Source of the DNA: a virus
Taxonomy: Duplodnaviria > Heunggongvirae > Uroviricota > Caudoviricetes
Strand: one strand, 5' to 3'
DNA length: 64,000 nucleotides
Virus record (IMG/VR): IMGVR_UViG_3300007747_000008
Coordinates: 45,828-109,827 of that record
Shown here: positions 29,425 to 38,374 of the stretch, in pieces
Layout: the number at the start of each line of letters is the position of its first letter
How positions within the stretch are numbered: the first letter of the stretch is position 1
Notes under the pieces: model-generated
Databases searched by the model: none
What the model saw: only the letters and a program-made list of their open reading frames with translations
Told to the model about the DNA's origin: nothing
Translations under genes and position numbers: made by a program

Positions 29425-29832
29425 ATGTTAAGAGTCAAGGATGACATGACAGTAACGGTATATAACATACCGAGACAGGGTTTCTTTCCGACATTGGAAG
29501 GTGGCTTTGATATGTTAGTTGATATGGGTACTGAGGTTGCATATTGTGAATCACTCCAGCAGTTATATATAAGTTTGGATGGTGTTAGGTATAGTAAAAC
29601 GCAGTACATTGATGATATAATCAGGACAACTAGTACTGAGATGTTATATGGTGATTATGTACAGATGTGCAAGGATAAACTAACAGCGAAATACCCTGAT
29701 GCACCAGTACTAGCAACTATAGAGTTAGATGCATCGGGGAACCCTAAGCCGGTAGTACCGGATCATTTAAAGCCACACGATGGATTTAAGGCATTACGTG
29801 ATGCGGGATTAAACTTCACAATTCAGCGATAA
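29425..29832 (+). CDS. Hypothetical protein
   Basis: 135-aa ORF with GAGGA RBS. Confidence 0.6.
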   Translation: MLRVKDDMTVTVYNIPRQGFFPTLEGGFDMLVDMGTEVAYCESLQQLYISLDGVRYSKTQYIDDIIRTTSTEMLYGDYVQMCKDKLTAKYPDAPVLATIELDASGNPKPVVPDHLKPHDGFKALRDAGLNFTIQR

Positions 29833-29860
29833 TAAATACTCCCAATGATAAGGGGGTATT

Positions 29861-30169
29861 ATGTCGCAAATATGTTATGTAGTAATTAATCCGGCTTGGC
29901 CTGAGTGGGTAAAGATTGGGTTCACATCGAAATCGGAAATGAAGACACGTTTAAGTACTTACCAGACGGGAACACCGTTTAGGGATTATGAGGTATACCA
30001 CGAGGTATATTTTGATGATGCAAAAGAGGCTGAGAAAGAGGTACATCGCAGATTGAAGTTAATGAATGCGACTAGGAGTCCCGGTACTGAATGGTTCAAG
30101 ATGCCTAAGAGTATTGCAGCTAATATGATTGATGGAGTATTTACGGACTTGGAGAATGACCTTCTATAA
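29861..30169 (+). CDS. T5orf172/MUG113-type GIY-YIG domain protein
   Basis: CYVVINPAWPEWVKIGFT...RLSTYQTGTP...EAEKEVHRRL...EWF. Confidence 0.8.
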   Translation: MSQICYVVINPAWPEWVKIGFTSKSEMKTRLSTYQTGTPFRDYEVYHEVYFDDAKEAEKEVHRRLKLMNATRSPGTEWFKMPKSIAANMIDGVFTDLENDLL

Positions 30170-30207
30170 TAAATATCATTATAGTATAAACATAAAAGGA
30201 TTTATAA

Positions 30208-31809
30208 ATGAGTATTAGTTTTAATCATCCTAGTAACACGATGACTAGTACTGGATCATTGAATTTAATCGTAAATGGTGGTAATCCAACATCACCTATG
30301 CCGATAAGATTCAACTCCACATCGGTTGTCATGCCAGTACGGGCATTACCTTCGGGTGAGTCTGGTGCAATGGTATTTGATAATGGTACAAAAACAATGA
30401 AATATCACAATGGTACTAGTTGGGTTGAAATATTGGGACAGGATGTAATTCTTGCACCTATCTATCAGCAATTAACAACCATCAATCAGCAATTAGGTAA
30501 AAAGATTGATAGTGTATCATATATGTCTGCTTCAGTTCCACAAGCATCTATTAGTGGAACACAATTAAACATCACCTTCCCTCTATCTTCTGGTGGTAGC
30601 ACTGGATCTAATGGTCTTTATACTTCATCTAAACAGGGTAGTATTCAGATGTATGCATTGGCTAGTGGTATGGGTGCAGATGCTATAAGAGAGCAAATGA
30701 GTGGAGTATCTGGCGGTCAAGGTGGTCGAGCTGGGACACAAAGCAATCCGTACATAACGAACGATGGTTGGTGTTTTGCTGATGGAATGTGGTGGACATG
30801 GATTGGAGATTCTGGTACAGTAACCCAGCAAGTCCCGAACTTAAATCAAGAAGCTTATTTGAAGCCTATGTCATTGGGTGGATTTACTCAAACTTCCAGT
30901 GTGATTCAATCGTCTGCTAGTATCGGTAACACCACAATTCAATTCCCACAACATTTCCACGGTATTGGTCAAATGAGCAGTACTAGTGGTGCAGGAGGAG
31001 ACGATGGTTACTTTATTTTCGGAAAAACGTGGAATGATGGTAATACTTATCAAGCCGCTGGTATTTTTGGAGAAAGAGATGGTCGTCAAGTAATCACTGC
31101 AAGTGGGGCTAACGCTCAAACTGCTTTAACTACTACTAATGCAATATATACTAGTGGTTCAGATTCGGTAACCCACACCCATACGTTGAATAACTTGGAT
31201 GTATCTCACCAAAACGTTGCAGTACTATACAACATTGCTACTCCGTCGTTTGCTTTAAATGAAGCAGCAGCGAACAACAAATATGTACTAAAAAGTGGTG
31301 ATGTTATGACTGGCTCATTGTCTATTGCTAGTAGTGCAACAATTCGTTCTGATGATCCTAATTTAGTATTATGGTTCAGAAATAATTCTGGTGGTGAACG
31401 TGCAGTAATTTATCATGACTCAACTACCAACACTTTAAGATTCAGATCTGCTGGTGGTAGTGAAATGACTCTTAACAACGCTGCTGGATTAACAACTTCA
31501 TCTATATCTACTTCATCACTTTCAGTATCAAGTAACACTGCAACTGTTGGTGGCAAAAACGTAGCACGTAGTATTAATGGTGTTAATGCTGATGGTGCTG
31601 GTAATATTACCGTTAATTTTTCAGCAGTACAGGCAATTCGTTTTGGTGCATTACAAAGTTTCAGAAAACGTAATGGTACTGAGAGTATTCAGGGTGGTGT
31701 AATGACTGCGTGGGCTGACTTTGGCGATTCAAATTATTGGGTATACTTACGTCCGCTTCAATATCAGATTAATGACGTTTGGCAAACAGTAGCATATACT
31801 AACGCATAA
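30208..31809 (+). CDS. Tail fibre protein (collar, HxH motifs, fibre repeat, P2/Mu-type tip)
   Basis: GWCFADG...VPNL collar; PQHFHG and HTHT; KYVLKSGDVMTGSL fibre repeat; C-terminal LRPLQYQINDVWQTV; late promoter at 30168-75. Confidence 0.8.
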   Translation: MSISFNHPSNTMTSTGSLNLIVNGGNPTSPMPIRFNSTSVVMPVRALPSGESGAMVFDNGTKTMKYHNGTSWVEILGQDVILAPIYQQLTTINQQLGKKIDSVSYMSASVPQASISGTQLNITFPLSSGGSTGSNGLYTSSKQGSIQMYALASGMGADAIREQMSGVSGGQGGRAGTQSNPYITNDGWCFADGMWWTWIGDSGTVTQQVPNLNQEAYLKPMSLGGFTQTSSVIQSSASIGNTTIQFPQHFHGIGQMSSTSGAGGDDGYFIFGKTWNDGNTYQAAGIFGERDGRQVITASGANAQTALTTTNAIYTSGSDSVTHTHTLNNLDVSHQNVAVLYNIATPSFALNEAAANNKYVLKSGDVMTGSLSIASSATIRSDDPNLVLWFRNNSGGERAVIYHDSTTNTLRFRSAGGSEMTLNNAAGLTTSSISTSSLSVSSNTATVGGKNVARSINGVNADGAGNITVNFSAVQAIRFGALQSFRKRNGTESIQGGVMTAWADFGDSNYWVYLRPLQYQINDVWQTVAYTNA

Positions 31810-31820
31810 GAGATACTATT

Positions 31821-32381
31821 ATGAAAGTTGTATATGGTTTACATTTAAGTTCTAATGAGAATATTAATTTCAATGGTTTGAAAAACAACTTTGAAATTAA
31901 ATATGACTCATATCCTATATTTTCTGATAAAGATGGTAGATTGTGGACAGAACATATTTCTGAATTTAAACAAGACACTTTAAAAGTACTAGTAGATTCT
32001 GATGGTATGATTACCAGTTATGCATATGATGTAACTGAAATTGGATTACCAAATACTGAATCTACTATTGCTGAAGTATTGGTTAACGATTTACCTGAAA
32101 ACTTTTTTGACAGAGACATGTTTACTAACTGGTCATGGGATAATATTCAAGGAATACACCCTAGGGTTCCATCAGAAGAAGAAACTGTATCTATTAATAC
32201 CTCTAAGAAGAAAAGATTTACCAATGAAGTATTGAATGAGATAGTTAAGTTGCAAGTACTAGAAAAGTACAACATACTCACTGATGAAGATGCGGAGAGA
32301 TTAAAAACGCTTGAATTGGCGTTGATTGACTTATCCCGACTCGACTTGACCGACCCAAACATTTCATGGCCTTTGATTTAA
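31821..32381 (+). CDS. Tail fibre assembly chaperone (Tfa-like)
   Basis: C-terminal LELALIDLSRLDLTDPNISWP, typical of the Tfa family; follows the fibre gene. Confidence 0.75.
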   Translation: MKVVYGLHLSSNENINFNGLKNNFEIKYDSYPIFSDKDGRLWTEHISEFKQDTLKVLVDSDGMITSYAYDVTEIGLPNTESTIAEVLVNDLPENFFDRDMFTNWSWDNIQGIHPRVPSEEETVSINTSKKKRFTNEVLNEIVKLQVLEKYNILTDEDAERLKTLELALIDLSRLDLTDPNISWPLI

Positions 32382-32392
32382 GAAAAATATTC

Positions 32393-32423
32393 TTGGGACA
32401 AAATAATCATCATGTGATATAAT
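32393..32423 (+). promoter_or_regulatory. Pre-replicative promoter (GGGACA-N17-TATAAT)
   Basis: TTGGGACAAAATAATCATCATGTGATATAAT. Confidence 0.8.
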
Positions 32424-32476
32424 AATGGCACGACGCAGTGAAGCATCGTGCCTTTTTTTATACATGGAGAAATACA

Positions 32477-32773
32477 ATGGCTAAGAAGACCGAAAATAAA
32501 GTTGAAATTCAAGATCTAAACGACGAACAACGTAAACGTTTAGGTTCTGGTCTAAACAACGCAGTAGTACAGCTCACCTACCTAGAAGATACTAAAGCAG
32601 CCTATGGAGACTTCATTGAATCTCTAGCAGACGAACTTGGTATTTCTGCTGCATCAATCAAACAAGCTGCAACCCGTATGCACAAAGGCGACTTCTTTGA
32701 TAAAGTTCGCAAACAGGATGAGATCGAAACAATCCTTCAAATCACTGGTAATCTACCAGAAGACGACGAGTAA
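32477..32773 (+). CDS. dsDNA-binding protein, T4 DsbA-like
   Basis: MAKK...IESLADELGISAASIKQAATRMHK resembles DsbA (DELG...HK); start ATG 32477 with GGAG. Confidence 0.55.
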   Translation: MAKKTENKVEIQDLNDEQRKRLGSGLNNAVVQLTYLEDTKAAYGDFIESLADELGISAASIKQAATRMHKGDFFDKVRKQDEIETILQITGNLPEDDE

Positions 32774-32781
32774 TCGTTCCC

Positions 32782-32805
32782 AGCCTCCTAGTATGGAGGC
32801 TTTTT
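32782..32805 (+). terminator. Intrinsic terminator
   Basis: AGCCTCC-TAGTAT-GGAGGCT-TTTT. Confidence 0.75.
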
Positions 32806-32836
32806 AATTGAAGTATGTTTATTATAAGGAAATAAG

Positions 32837-35800
32837 ATGTATATAGATGGATTTATGGAAAGAAAACGTACTGGTGATATTTTACATGTTGCAGAACGGG
32901 TAAATGGGCGTCGTATTCTACGACAATTTGATCCTGTTTATGAATACTATGTAGAATCACCAAACGGATCTTACAAAACAATTCACGGTACTATGGCAGA
33001 GAAACATACATTCTCTAACCAACGTGAAATGCGTAACTCCGTAGAATTACACCAAGGACATAGAATTTACGAATCTGATTGTAACGTTACTTTTAAAACT
33101 CTTGCAAAAGAGTATATGGGTAAGGGATCTCCAGATTTAAATATGGTGTTTTTCGATATTGAAACCGACTTTCATAAGAAACTCGGATATGCACCCCCTA
33201 GTAATCCATTTAACCGAGTGACAGCAATTTCGTTATATCAAAGCTGGACTGGAAAAGATTACGTACTTACTCTTGCACCAGAAGATATGAGTACAGTCGA
33301 AGCACAAGACATTGTAACTCGTTTGAATGCTGAAACTAATGATCCTAACAGTGTAGTACTTTTATATACTGAAGAAACTGAAATGTTTACAGACTTCTTT
33401 GATTTGATTGAAGATTCTGATATTTTATCAGGCTGGAACAGTGAGTTTTATGATATTCCGTATATGGTTAATCGTACGGAAAAAATCTTTAATGCAGCAA
33501 TGACTGCACGTTGGTGTTTGTGGAATCGCAAACCTATTACACGTGAAGCTGACATGTTTGGTAAAACTATTGTAACTTACGACTTGGTTGGTCGAGTACA
33601 CCTAGACTATCTAGCATTGTATAAAAAACATGCTGGACAAGTAGAACAGTCTTACAAACTTGATTATATTGCTGAAAAAGTAACAGAAGAGAATAAAGTA
33701 TCCTATGAAGGATCACTTGACAAGTTGTATCGAGAAGACTATATTACCTTCTTGCGTTATTCAAAGCAGGATAGTATTCTTCTTAAAAAGATTGACGAAA
33801 AACTTGACTTCATCAATCTACACAATCGATTGGCACATAAAGAGTGTGTACTAATCAGTACTACAATGGGTTCAGTAGCACTAATTGACACTGCTATTAT
33901 CAATCTTGCACACAGTCGTGGTGAAGTAGTATTTGACAAAAAACCACAAGAAGACGCACAGAGTGAAGAAGATGATCGTTATGATTATCTAATTGAAGAT
34001 GAAGATGATGGTAGTGATAATGAACCGGTATCTGCAAAAGCTGCGGGTGCATGGGTTCAAGATCCAGTACTAGGACTCATCGATTATCTTGGATGTACTG
34101 ACTTCAACTCTCTATATCCTACCGTGTTACGTGCATTAGGAATGAGTACTGAATGTATTCTAGGACAAATTCGACAAGACTATACAGAGGCACATCTTGC
34201 ACGACGCGTAGATGAACAACGTATTCGTTCTAAGTCTAAGAAGTTTGAACCAAACTGGACTGAAGCATGGCATGGTTTATTTGCTAGTGTAGAATTCACA
34301 ATGGTTCGTGAAAAGTCTAAAGAAACATTGGTAGTCGATTTGGAGGATGGTTCTAGCTTCCAAGTGACGGGCGAGGAATTATATAATATCATTTATGCAC
34401 CTGATAGTACTATTGTACTTTCCGCTAATGGTACTATGTTTGATAAAACCAAGAATGGTGTTATTCCTGAAATTCTAACTCAATGGTACTCTGAGCGTAA
34501 ATCACAGCAGAAAATGGTGATTGACTTTAAACACATCTATTCTGATGGATGGGAAATGCCAGAAACAGCAGTTGATGCTATAAGTGCTGCTATGGCTCGT
34601 CACAACCGTTCTGAGACGATGAAACGTTCTAACCTACACGAAGACGATCCTGTCTATCAAATCCGTCAGGCGTTGGTACAGAGCGATTTTGAGCAGGTTG
34701 GGAAGCTAATCACAGAGAATGGTCTTCTATTAGAAGATGGACGTATCAAATGTACTAAAGAAGAAAAAACCTACTGTAAGGCACAATCTGCATTTTGGAA
34801 ACAAAACCAACAGATTCGTAAGATTCTTCTAAACTCACTTTACGGTGCACTACTTAACAAAGGTTCCCGCTTCTTTGATAAGCGTTTAGGTCAATCAGTA
34901 ACCCTAACCGGTCGAAGCATGACTAAACATATGGCATCTAGAATTAACGAAGTATGTACAGGTACATATGATCACAGTGGTGGTGTAGTAGTATATGGCG
35001 ATACTGACTCAGTATATTTCAGTGTAGCTCACTATATGAAAGAACAAGGCTTACCATTTGATTTATCAAAAGATGAAGTTGTCGATTTGTATGTAAAAAT
35101 TGGTGATGAAGTTGGTGAATCATTCCCAGAGTTTATGGATGAAACTTTCAACACTGGTATTGAAAATGGTAAAATAGTTGGTGCCGATTTAGAAATGGTT
35201 GGTTCTCGTGGATTATTCTTGAAGAAGAAACGTTATGCTATCTTGAAGTACTGGGAAGATGGATTCCGTAAAGATAAAGGAGATTCACCGGGTGAAATCA
35301 AGGCAATGGGTCTAGAAATTAAACGTTCTGATACACCAAAGTATATTCAAAACTTCCTTGAAGAAACACTAATTGCATTACTAGTTGGTGAATCGGAAGA
35401 AGAGTTGCGTAAACGAGTTCGTGCATTCAAGATGCTATTCAAAGACAAACCTATCCAACAAAAAGGTCAACCTAGAACCGTTAAAAATTACTCCAACTTA
35501 GAAGAAGATTATAAGAAGACTGGGAAACTATCAGTTTCGCATGTACTTTCAGCTATTCAGTGGAATAAATTGCGGGAAATCTACGATGATCAATCTGTTC
35601 CAGAAGCAACAGATGGTACTAAGGTAATCGTTTGTAAGTTAAAACCAAATCCAATGGGAATAAAAGCTGTAGGCTACCCAATTGATTGTGCTGAATACTT
35701 ACCAGAATGGTTCTTAGATTTACCATTTGACGAAGATGGAATGGAACAATCAGTCCTAACCAAGAAGTTAGGTAATATATTTGGTATTCTTAATATGGAT

Positions 35801-35857
35801 ATCGCAATCAACGAAAAGAGCACACTTGAAATGAATAGTGGATTCTTTGAATGGTAA
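32837..35857 (+). CDS. DNA polymerase, family B (gp43-like)
   Basis: Exo motifs FDIET, GWNSEFYD; polymerase motifs DFNSLYP, KILLNSLYG, YGDTDS, KKRYA. Confidence 0.97.
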   Translation: MYIDGFMERKRTGDILHVAERVNGRRILRQFDPVYEYYVESPNGSYKTIHGTMAEKHTFSNQREMRNSVELHQGHRIYESDCNVTFKTLAKEYMGKGSPDLNMVFFDIETDFHKKLGYAPPSNPFNRVTAISLYQSWTGKDYVLTLAPEDMSTVEAQDIVTRLNAETNDPNSVVLLYTEETEMFTDFFDLIEDSDILSGWNSEFYDIPYMVNRTEKIFNAAMTARWCLWNRKPITREADMFGKTIVTYDLVGRVHLDYLALYKKHAGQVEQSYKLDYIAEKVTEENKVSYEGSLDKLYREDYITFLRYSKQDSILLKKIDEKLDFINLHNRLAHKECVLISTTMGSVALIDTAIINLAHSRGEVVFDKKPQEDAQSEEDDRYDYLIEDEDDGSDNEPVSAKAAGAWVQDPVLGLIDYLGCTDFNSLYPTVLRALGMSTECILGQIRQDYTEAHLARRVDEQRIRSKSKKFEPNWTEAWHGLFASVEFTMVREKSKETLVVDLEDGSSFQVTGEELYNIIYAPDSTIVLSANGTMFDKTKNGVIPEILTQWYSERKSQQKMVIDFKHIYSDGWEMPETAVDAISAAMARHNRSETMKRSNLHEDDPVYQIRQALVQSDFEQVGKLITENGLLLEDGRIKCTKEEKTYCKAQSAFWKQNQQIRKILLNSLYGALLNKGSRFFDKRLGQSVTLTGRSMTKHMASRINEVCTGTYDHSGGVVVYGDTDSVYFSVAHYMKEQGLPFDLSKDEVVDLYVKIGDEVGESFPEFMDETFNTGIENGKIVGADLEMVGSRGLFLKKKRYAILKYWEDGFRKDKGDSPGEIKAMGLEIKRSDTPKYIQNFLEETLIALLVGESEEELRKRVRAFKMLFKDKPIQQKGQPRTVKNYSNLEEDYKKTGKLSVSHVLSAIQWNKLREIYDDQSVPEATDGTKVIVCKLKPNPMGIKAVGYPIDCAEYLPEWFLDLPFDEDGMEQSVLTKKLGNIFGILNMDIAINEKSTLEMNSGFFEW

Positions 35858-35872
35858 AAGGAAGTCTAAAAA

Positions 35873-36367
35873 ATGACTAATATTTTTCAACGCATTGGGG
35901 AGGCATTGGCCTCCCAAGGTAGAATTACTTTAGTAGCAGCACGTACCCCATCAGAGGGTGAAGTACTAAAAATTGCTGGTTTCAAAAATGTGGGAAGTAC
36001 TGATATTGATGGTGATCTAATTGACATTTATGAAGTTAAAATTACACAAGTAATTAATACCCCACCAAAACAAATTAAAGTACCAATCAAAGACGAAAAA
36101 CCTTCATGGCCTTATCAAGATCCGTGGCCTAAAAATTATCGCTTGTACAGTAATAGTTCGTCTACGCCAAGTACTAATTATCGTGGAATTACATCTTCAT
36201 TAATGGATGCAGCTTATAATCCACTAAGTATACTAGAAGATTATTTCTTCACCGATACTGATGGGACTACCACGTTTAAAATTCAAGTTGATGAGAGATT
36301 ATCCGGTGAAGAAGCCGTTAATTTTATCAATGAGATCAAAGACGAGATTCAAAGTCGTCGGAAATAA
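35873..36367 (+). CDS. Protein with a permuted copy of the portal clip region in its C-terminal third
   Basis: SLMDAAYNPLSILEDYFF identical to portal; downstream FKIQVDE...KDEIQSRR similar to portal FKIDVGE...KNEIHQRR; AAGGAAG RBS. Confidence 0.85.
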   Translation: MTNIFQRIGEALASQGRITLVAARTPSEGEVLKIAGFKNVGSTDIDGDLIDIYEVKITQVINTPPKQIKVPIKDEKPSWPYQDPWPKNYRLYSNSSSTPSTNYRGITSSLMDAAYNPLSILEDYFFTDTDGTTTFKIQVDERLSGEEAVNFINEIKDEIQSRRK

Positions 36368-36378
36368 AAAACAAAAAG

Positions 36379-36409
36379 TTGGGACGTATGTAAAATAATG
36401 TGATATAAT
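36379..36409 (+). promoter_or_regulatory. Pre-replicative promoter (GGGACG-N17-TATAAT)
   Basis: TTGGGACGTATGTAAAATAATGTGATATAAT. Confidence 0.8.
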
Positions 36410-36465
36410 ACATACGTCACAACGTAAAAGATACGTTAATAACAAAATGGAATTGGAGATTTAAA

Positions 36466-37197
36466 ATGGATTTACGCAACGTACTACGCGACTTAGTAAA
36501 CACAACTACCGGCATGGAATTCTCTTGTATCGCAGTTTCAAGCGAAGACCGTGGAGAAGGTCAACGTCTTTACCTAGAAGCATACACTGATGATAAGACG
36601 CTAATTATGCGAGCAGAAACTAAAGAAGATGTACCTGAAGTCACCGGTCGTTTCGGTTTAGGTAATCTTGGTATGCTACAAGGTCTTATGAATCTAAAAA
36701 CTTACAACTCAGACTCTGCAAAGATCGCAGTCAATTCAGCGAATGGTGTTGTAAAAAGTCTAGCATTTACATCTGATGATGCAAGTACTAACTTTATTGT
36801 TCAATCGGAAAAATTTATTCCTGATCAACCACGCTTTACGCCACGACCATTTGATGTACAGGTTACACCTAGTGCTGCAAAAGTCGGTGAACTAAAGTCT
36901 TTCTCAAGTGTATTCAAAACTTTCTCTGCCTTAGTTACTCCTTATACTGAAGGCGATACACTTTATTTCCATGTGGGCGAAAAGAATAAATCAAACCATA
37001 GCGGTGCTTTAGCATTCACCAAAACTGACGGTGAACTAAATCTAGGTTATGGATATGCGATTGATCGTCTTCTTCAAGCATTGAACCGAGCTTCAAATGC
37101 TGAAGAAATCTCTTTAGGCATTACCAAGACTGGGATGTTAAACGTTACTGTTGATACTGGTATCACATTGTTTAAATTCTACATTCAAGGTTGCTAA
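36466..37197 (+). CDS. Putative sliding clamp (gp45-like)
   Basis: 243 aa alpha/beta pattern; RAETKEDVPEVTGRFGLGNLGMLQGLMNL resembles the gp45 AE.....FGIYDL..FL segment; near PolB. Confidence 0.55.
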   Translation: MDLRNVLRDLVNTTTGMEFSCIAVSSEDRGEGQRLYLEAYTDDKTLIMRAETKEDVPEVTGRFGLGNLGMLQGLMNLKTYNSDSAKIAVNSANGVVKSLAFTSDDASTNFIVQSEKFIPDQPRFTPRPFDVQVTPSAAKVGELKSFSSVFKTFSALVTPYTEGDTLYFHVGEKNKSNHSGALAFTKTDGELNLGYGYAIDRLLQALNRASNAEEISLGITKTGMLNVTVDTGITLFKFYIQGC

Positions 37198-37205
37198 TAA
37201 CTAAT

Positions 37206-37229
37206 AGGGGAACTTAGTTCCCCTTTTCT
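37206..37229 (+). terminator. Intrinsic terminator
   Basis: AGGGGAAC-TTA-GTTCCCCT-TTTCT. Confidence 0.8.
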
Positions 37230-37245
37230 AATTAGAGGTACTAAA

Positions 37246-37869
37246 ATGAGCACACCACGCTTTATCGCGGATACACACTTGGGTCACCGCAACATTTACA
37301 AGTACAGAACCGTGTTTGACAGTACTAAACATAATGACCTGTACTTTATTAAAATTTTACAAGAGTATTCAAAAAAACGCGATTCAATGTATTTTTTGGG
37401 TGATATTTGTTTTGATGAGTACTACTTACCAATGATTAAAGAATTACCGGGTCAAAAGATTCTTATTGCTGGTAATCATTGTACTGAGTACATTCCAATG
37501 AAGAAGTTAGTTGATGTTTTTGATGAAACACACGCACTACTTAAATACAAAGAATTTTGGCTATCACATGCACCACTACATCCCGAAGAGTTGCGTGGTA
37601 AGAAAAACATTCATGGACATGTACATGCGGCATCTGTTGAAAATACTAACTACTTGAACGTATCAGTAGATAGTGAATTCATGCGTTTCCTACCTAGAAC
37701 ATTACACGAAGTTCGTGAAGCTGTAAGTACTATGGAGACTCTTGGTTCTCACTTTGGTGGACTAGAAGATCGTGATGATTGTTTAGAAGTGATCATGAGT
37801 GATCCTATTTCAGCAGAAGCATATTTGTGGGCTAAAAAAGAAGCAACAAAAGTTATGGTTTTTCAATAA
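37246..37869 (+). CDS. Calcineurin-like metallophosphoesterase
   Basis: ADTHLGH, LGD, GNH, SHAP, HGHVH motifs. Confidence 0.88.
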   Translation: MSTPRFIADTHLGHRNIYKYRTVFDSTKHNDLYFIKILQEYSKKRDSMYFLGDICFDEYYLPMIKELPGQKILIAGNHCTEYIPMKKLVDVFDETHALLKYKEFWLSHAPLHPEELRGKKNIHGHVHAASVENTNYLNVSVDSEFMRFLPRTLHEVREAVSTMETLGSHFGGLEDRDDCLEVIMSDPISAEAYLWAKKEATKVMVFQ

Positions 37870-37880
37870 GGATATTAAAA

Positions 37881-38084
37881 ATGCCATTATATACATATAA
37901 ATGTCAGAATGAGTCATGTGACCATTCTGAGGATAAAATCGTCAAATTGGCACAACGTGATGAACCACGCCAATGTTCTGAGTGTGACACACTTACTATG
38001 ACTCGTGAGGAATTTTCGTCGGGTGATAAAGGGTCAACATTCCGTTATCGTGGTAACTGGTTTGCAACAACAAGGAGCTATTAA
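37881..38084 (+). CDS. FmdB-family zinc-ribbon protein
   Basis: MPLYTYKC...C...CSEC...F...G.WF. Confidence 0.8.
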   Translation: MPLYTYKCQNESCDHSEDKIVKLAQRDEPRQCSECDTLTMTREEFSSGDKGSTFRYRGNWFATTRSY

Positions 38085-38374
38085 TGAGTACTTTAAAAAT
38101 GATTAATGACTATGTACTAGTCGAACTATTAGAAAATGCAACCACCAGTACTGGTGGTATTATTCTCACGAACGTAGAACCGCCTTGTATCGGTCGTGTA
38201 CTTTCTGTTGGTCCCGGTCGTGTCCTAAATAATGGTGACAGGGCTGAACATAACATTGAACCAAAAGATATTATTGTATTTGGTAAATCTTCCTTAAATC
38301 AGCCATTAGAAGATGATAAAGTGACATATTATGTCATGAAAATTGACGAGGTATTTGGCAAGAAAAATGGCTAA
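38084..38374 (+). CDS. groES: Co-chaperonin GroES-like
   Basis: DYVLVE...TSTGGIIL...GRVLSVGPG...KDIIVFGK...MKIDEVFG. Confidence 0.88.
   Translation: MSTLKMINDYVLVELLENATTSTGGIILTNVEPPCIGRVLSVGPGRVLNNGDRAEHNIEPKDIIVFGKSSLNQPLEDDKVTYYVMKIDEVFGKKNG

Noticed and set aside
36197-36250. Portal duplication as an assembly artefact or DNA-level homing-site decoy
   Set aside because: Six synonymous-only differences and a second, more diverged and reordered segment argue for an old protein-level copy.
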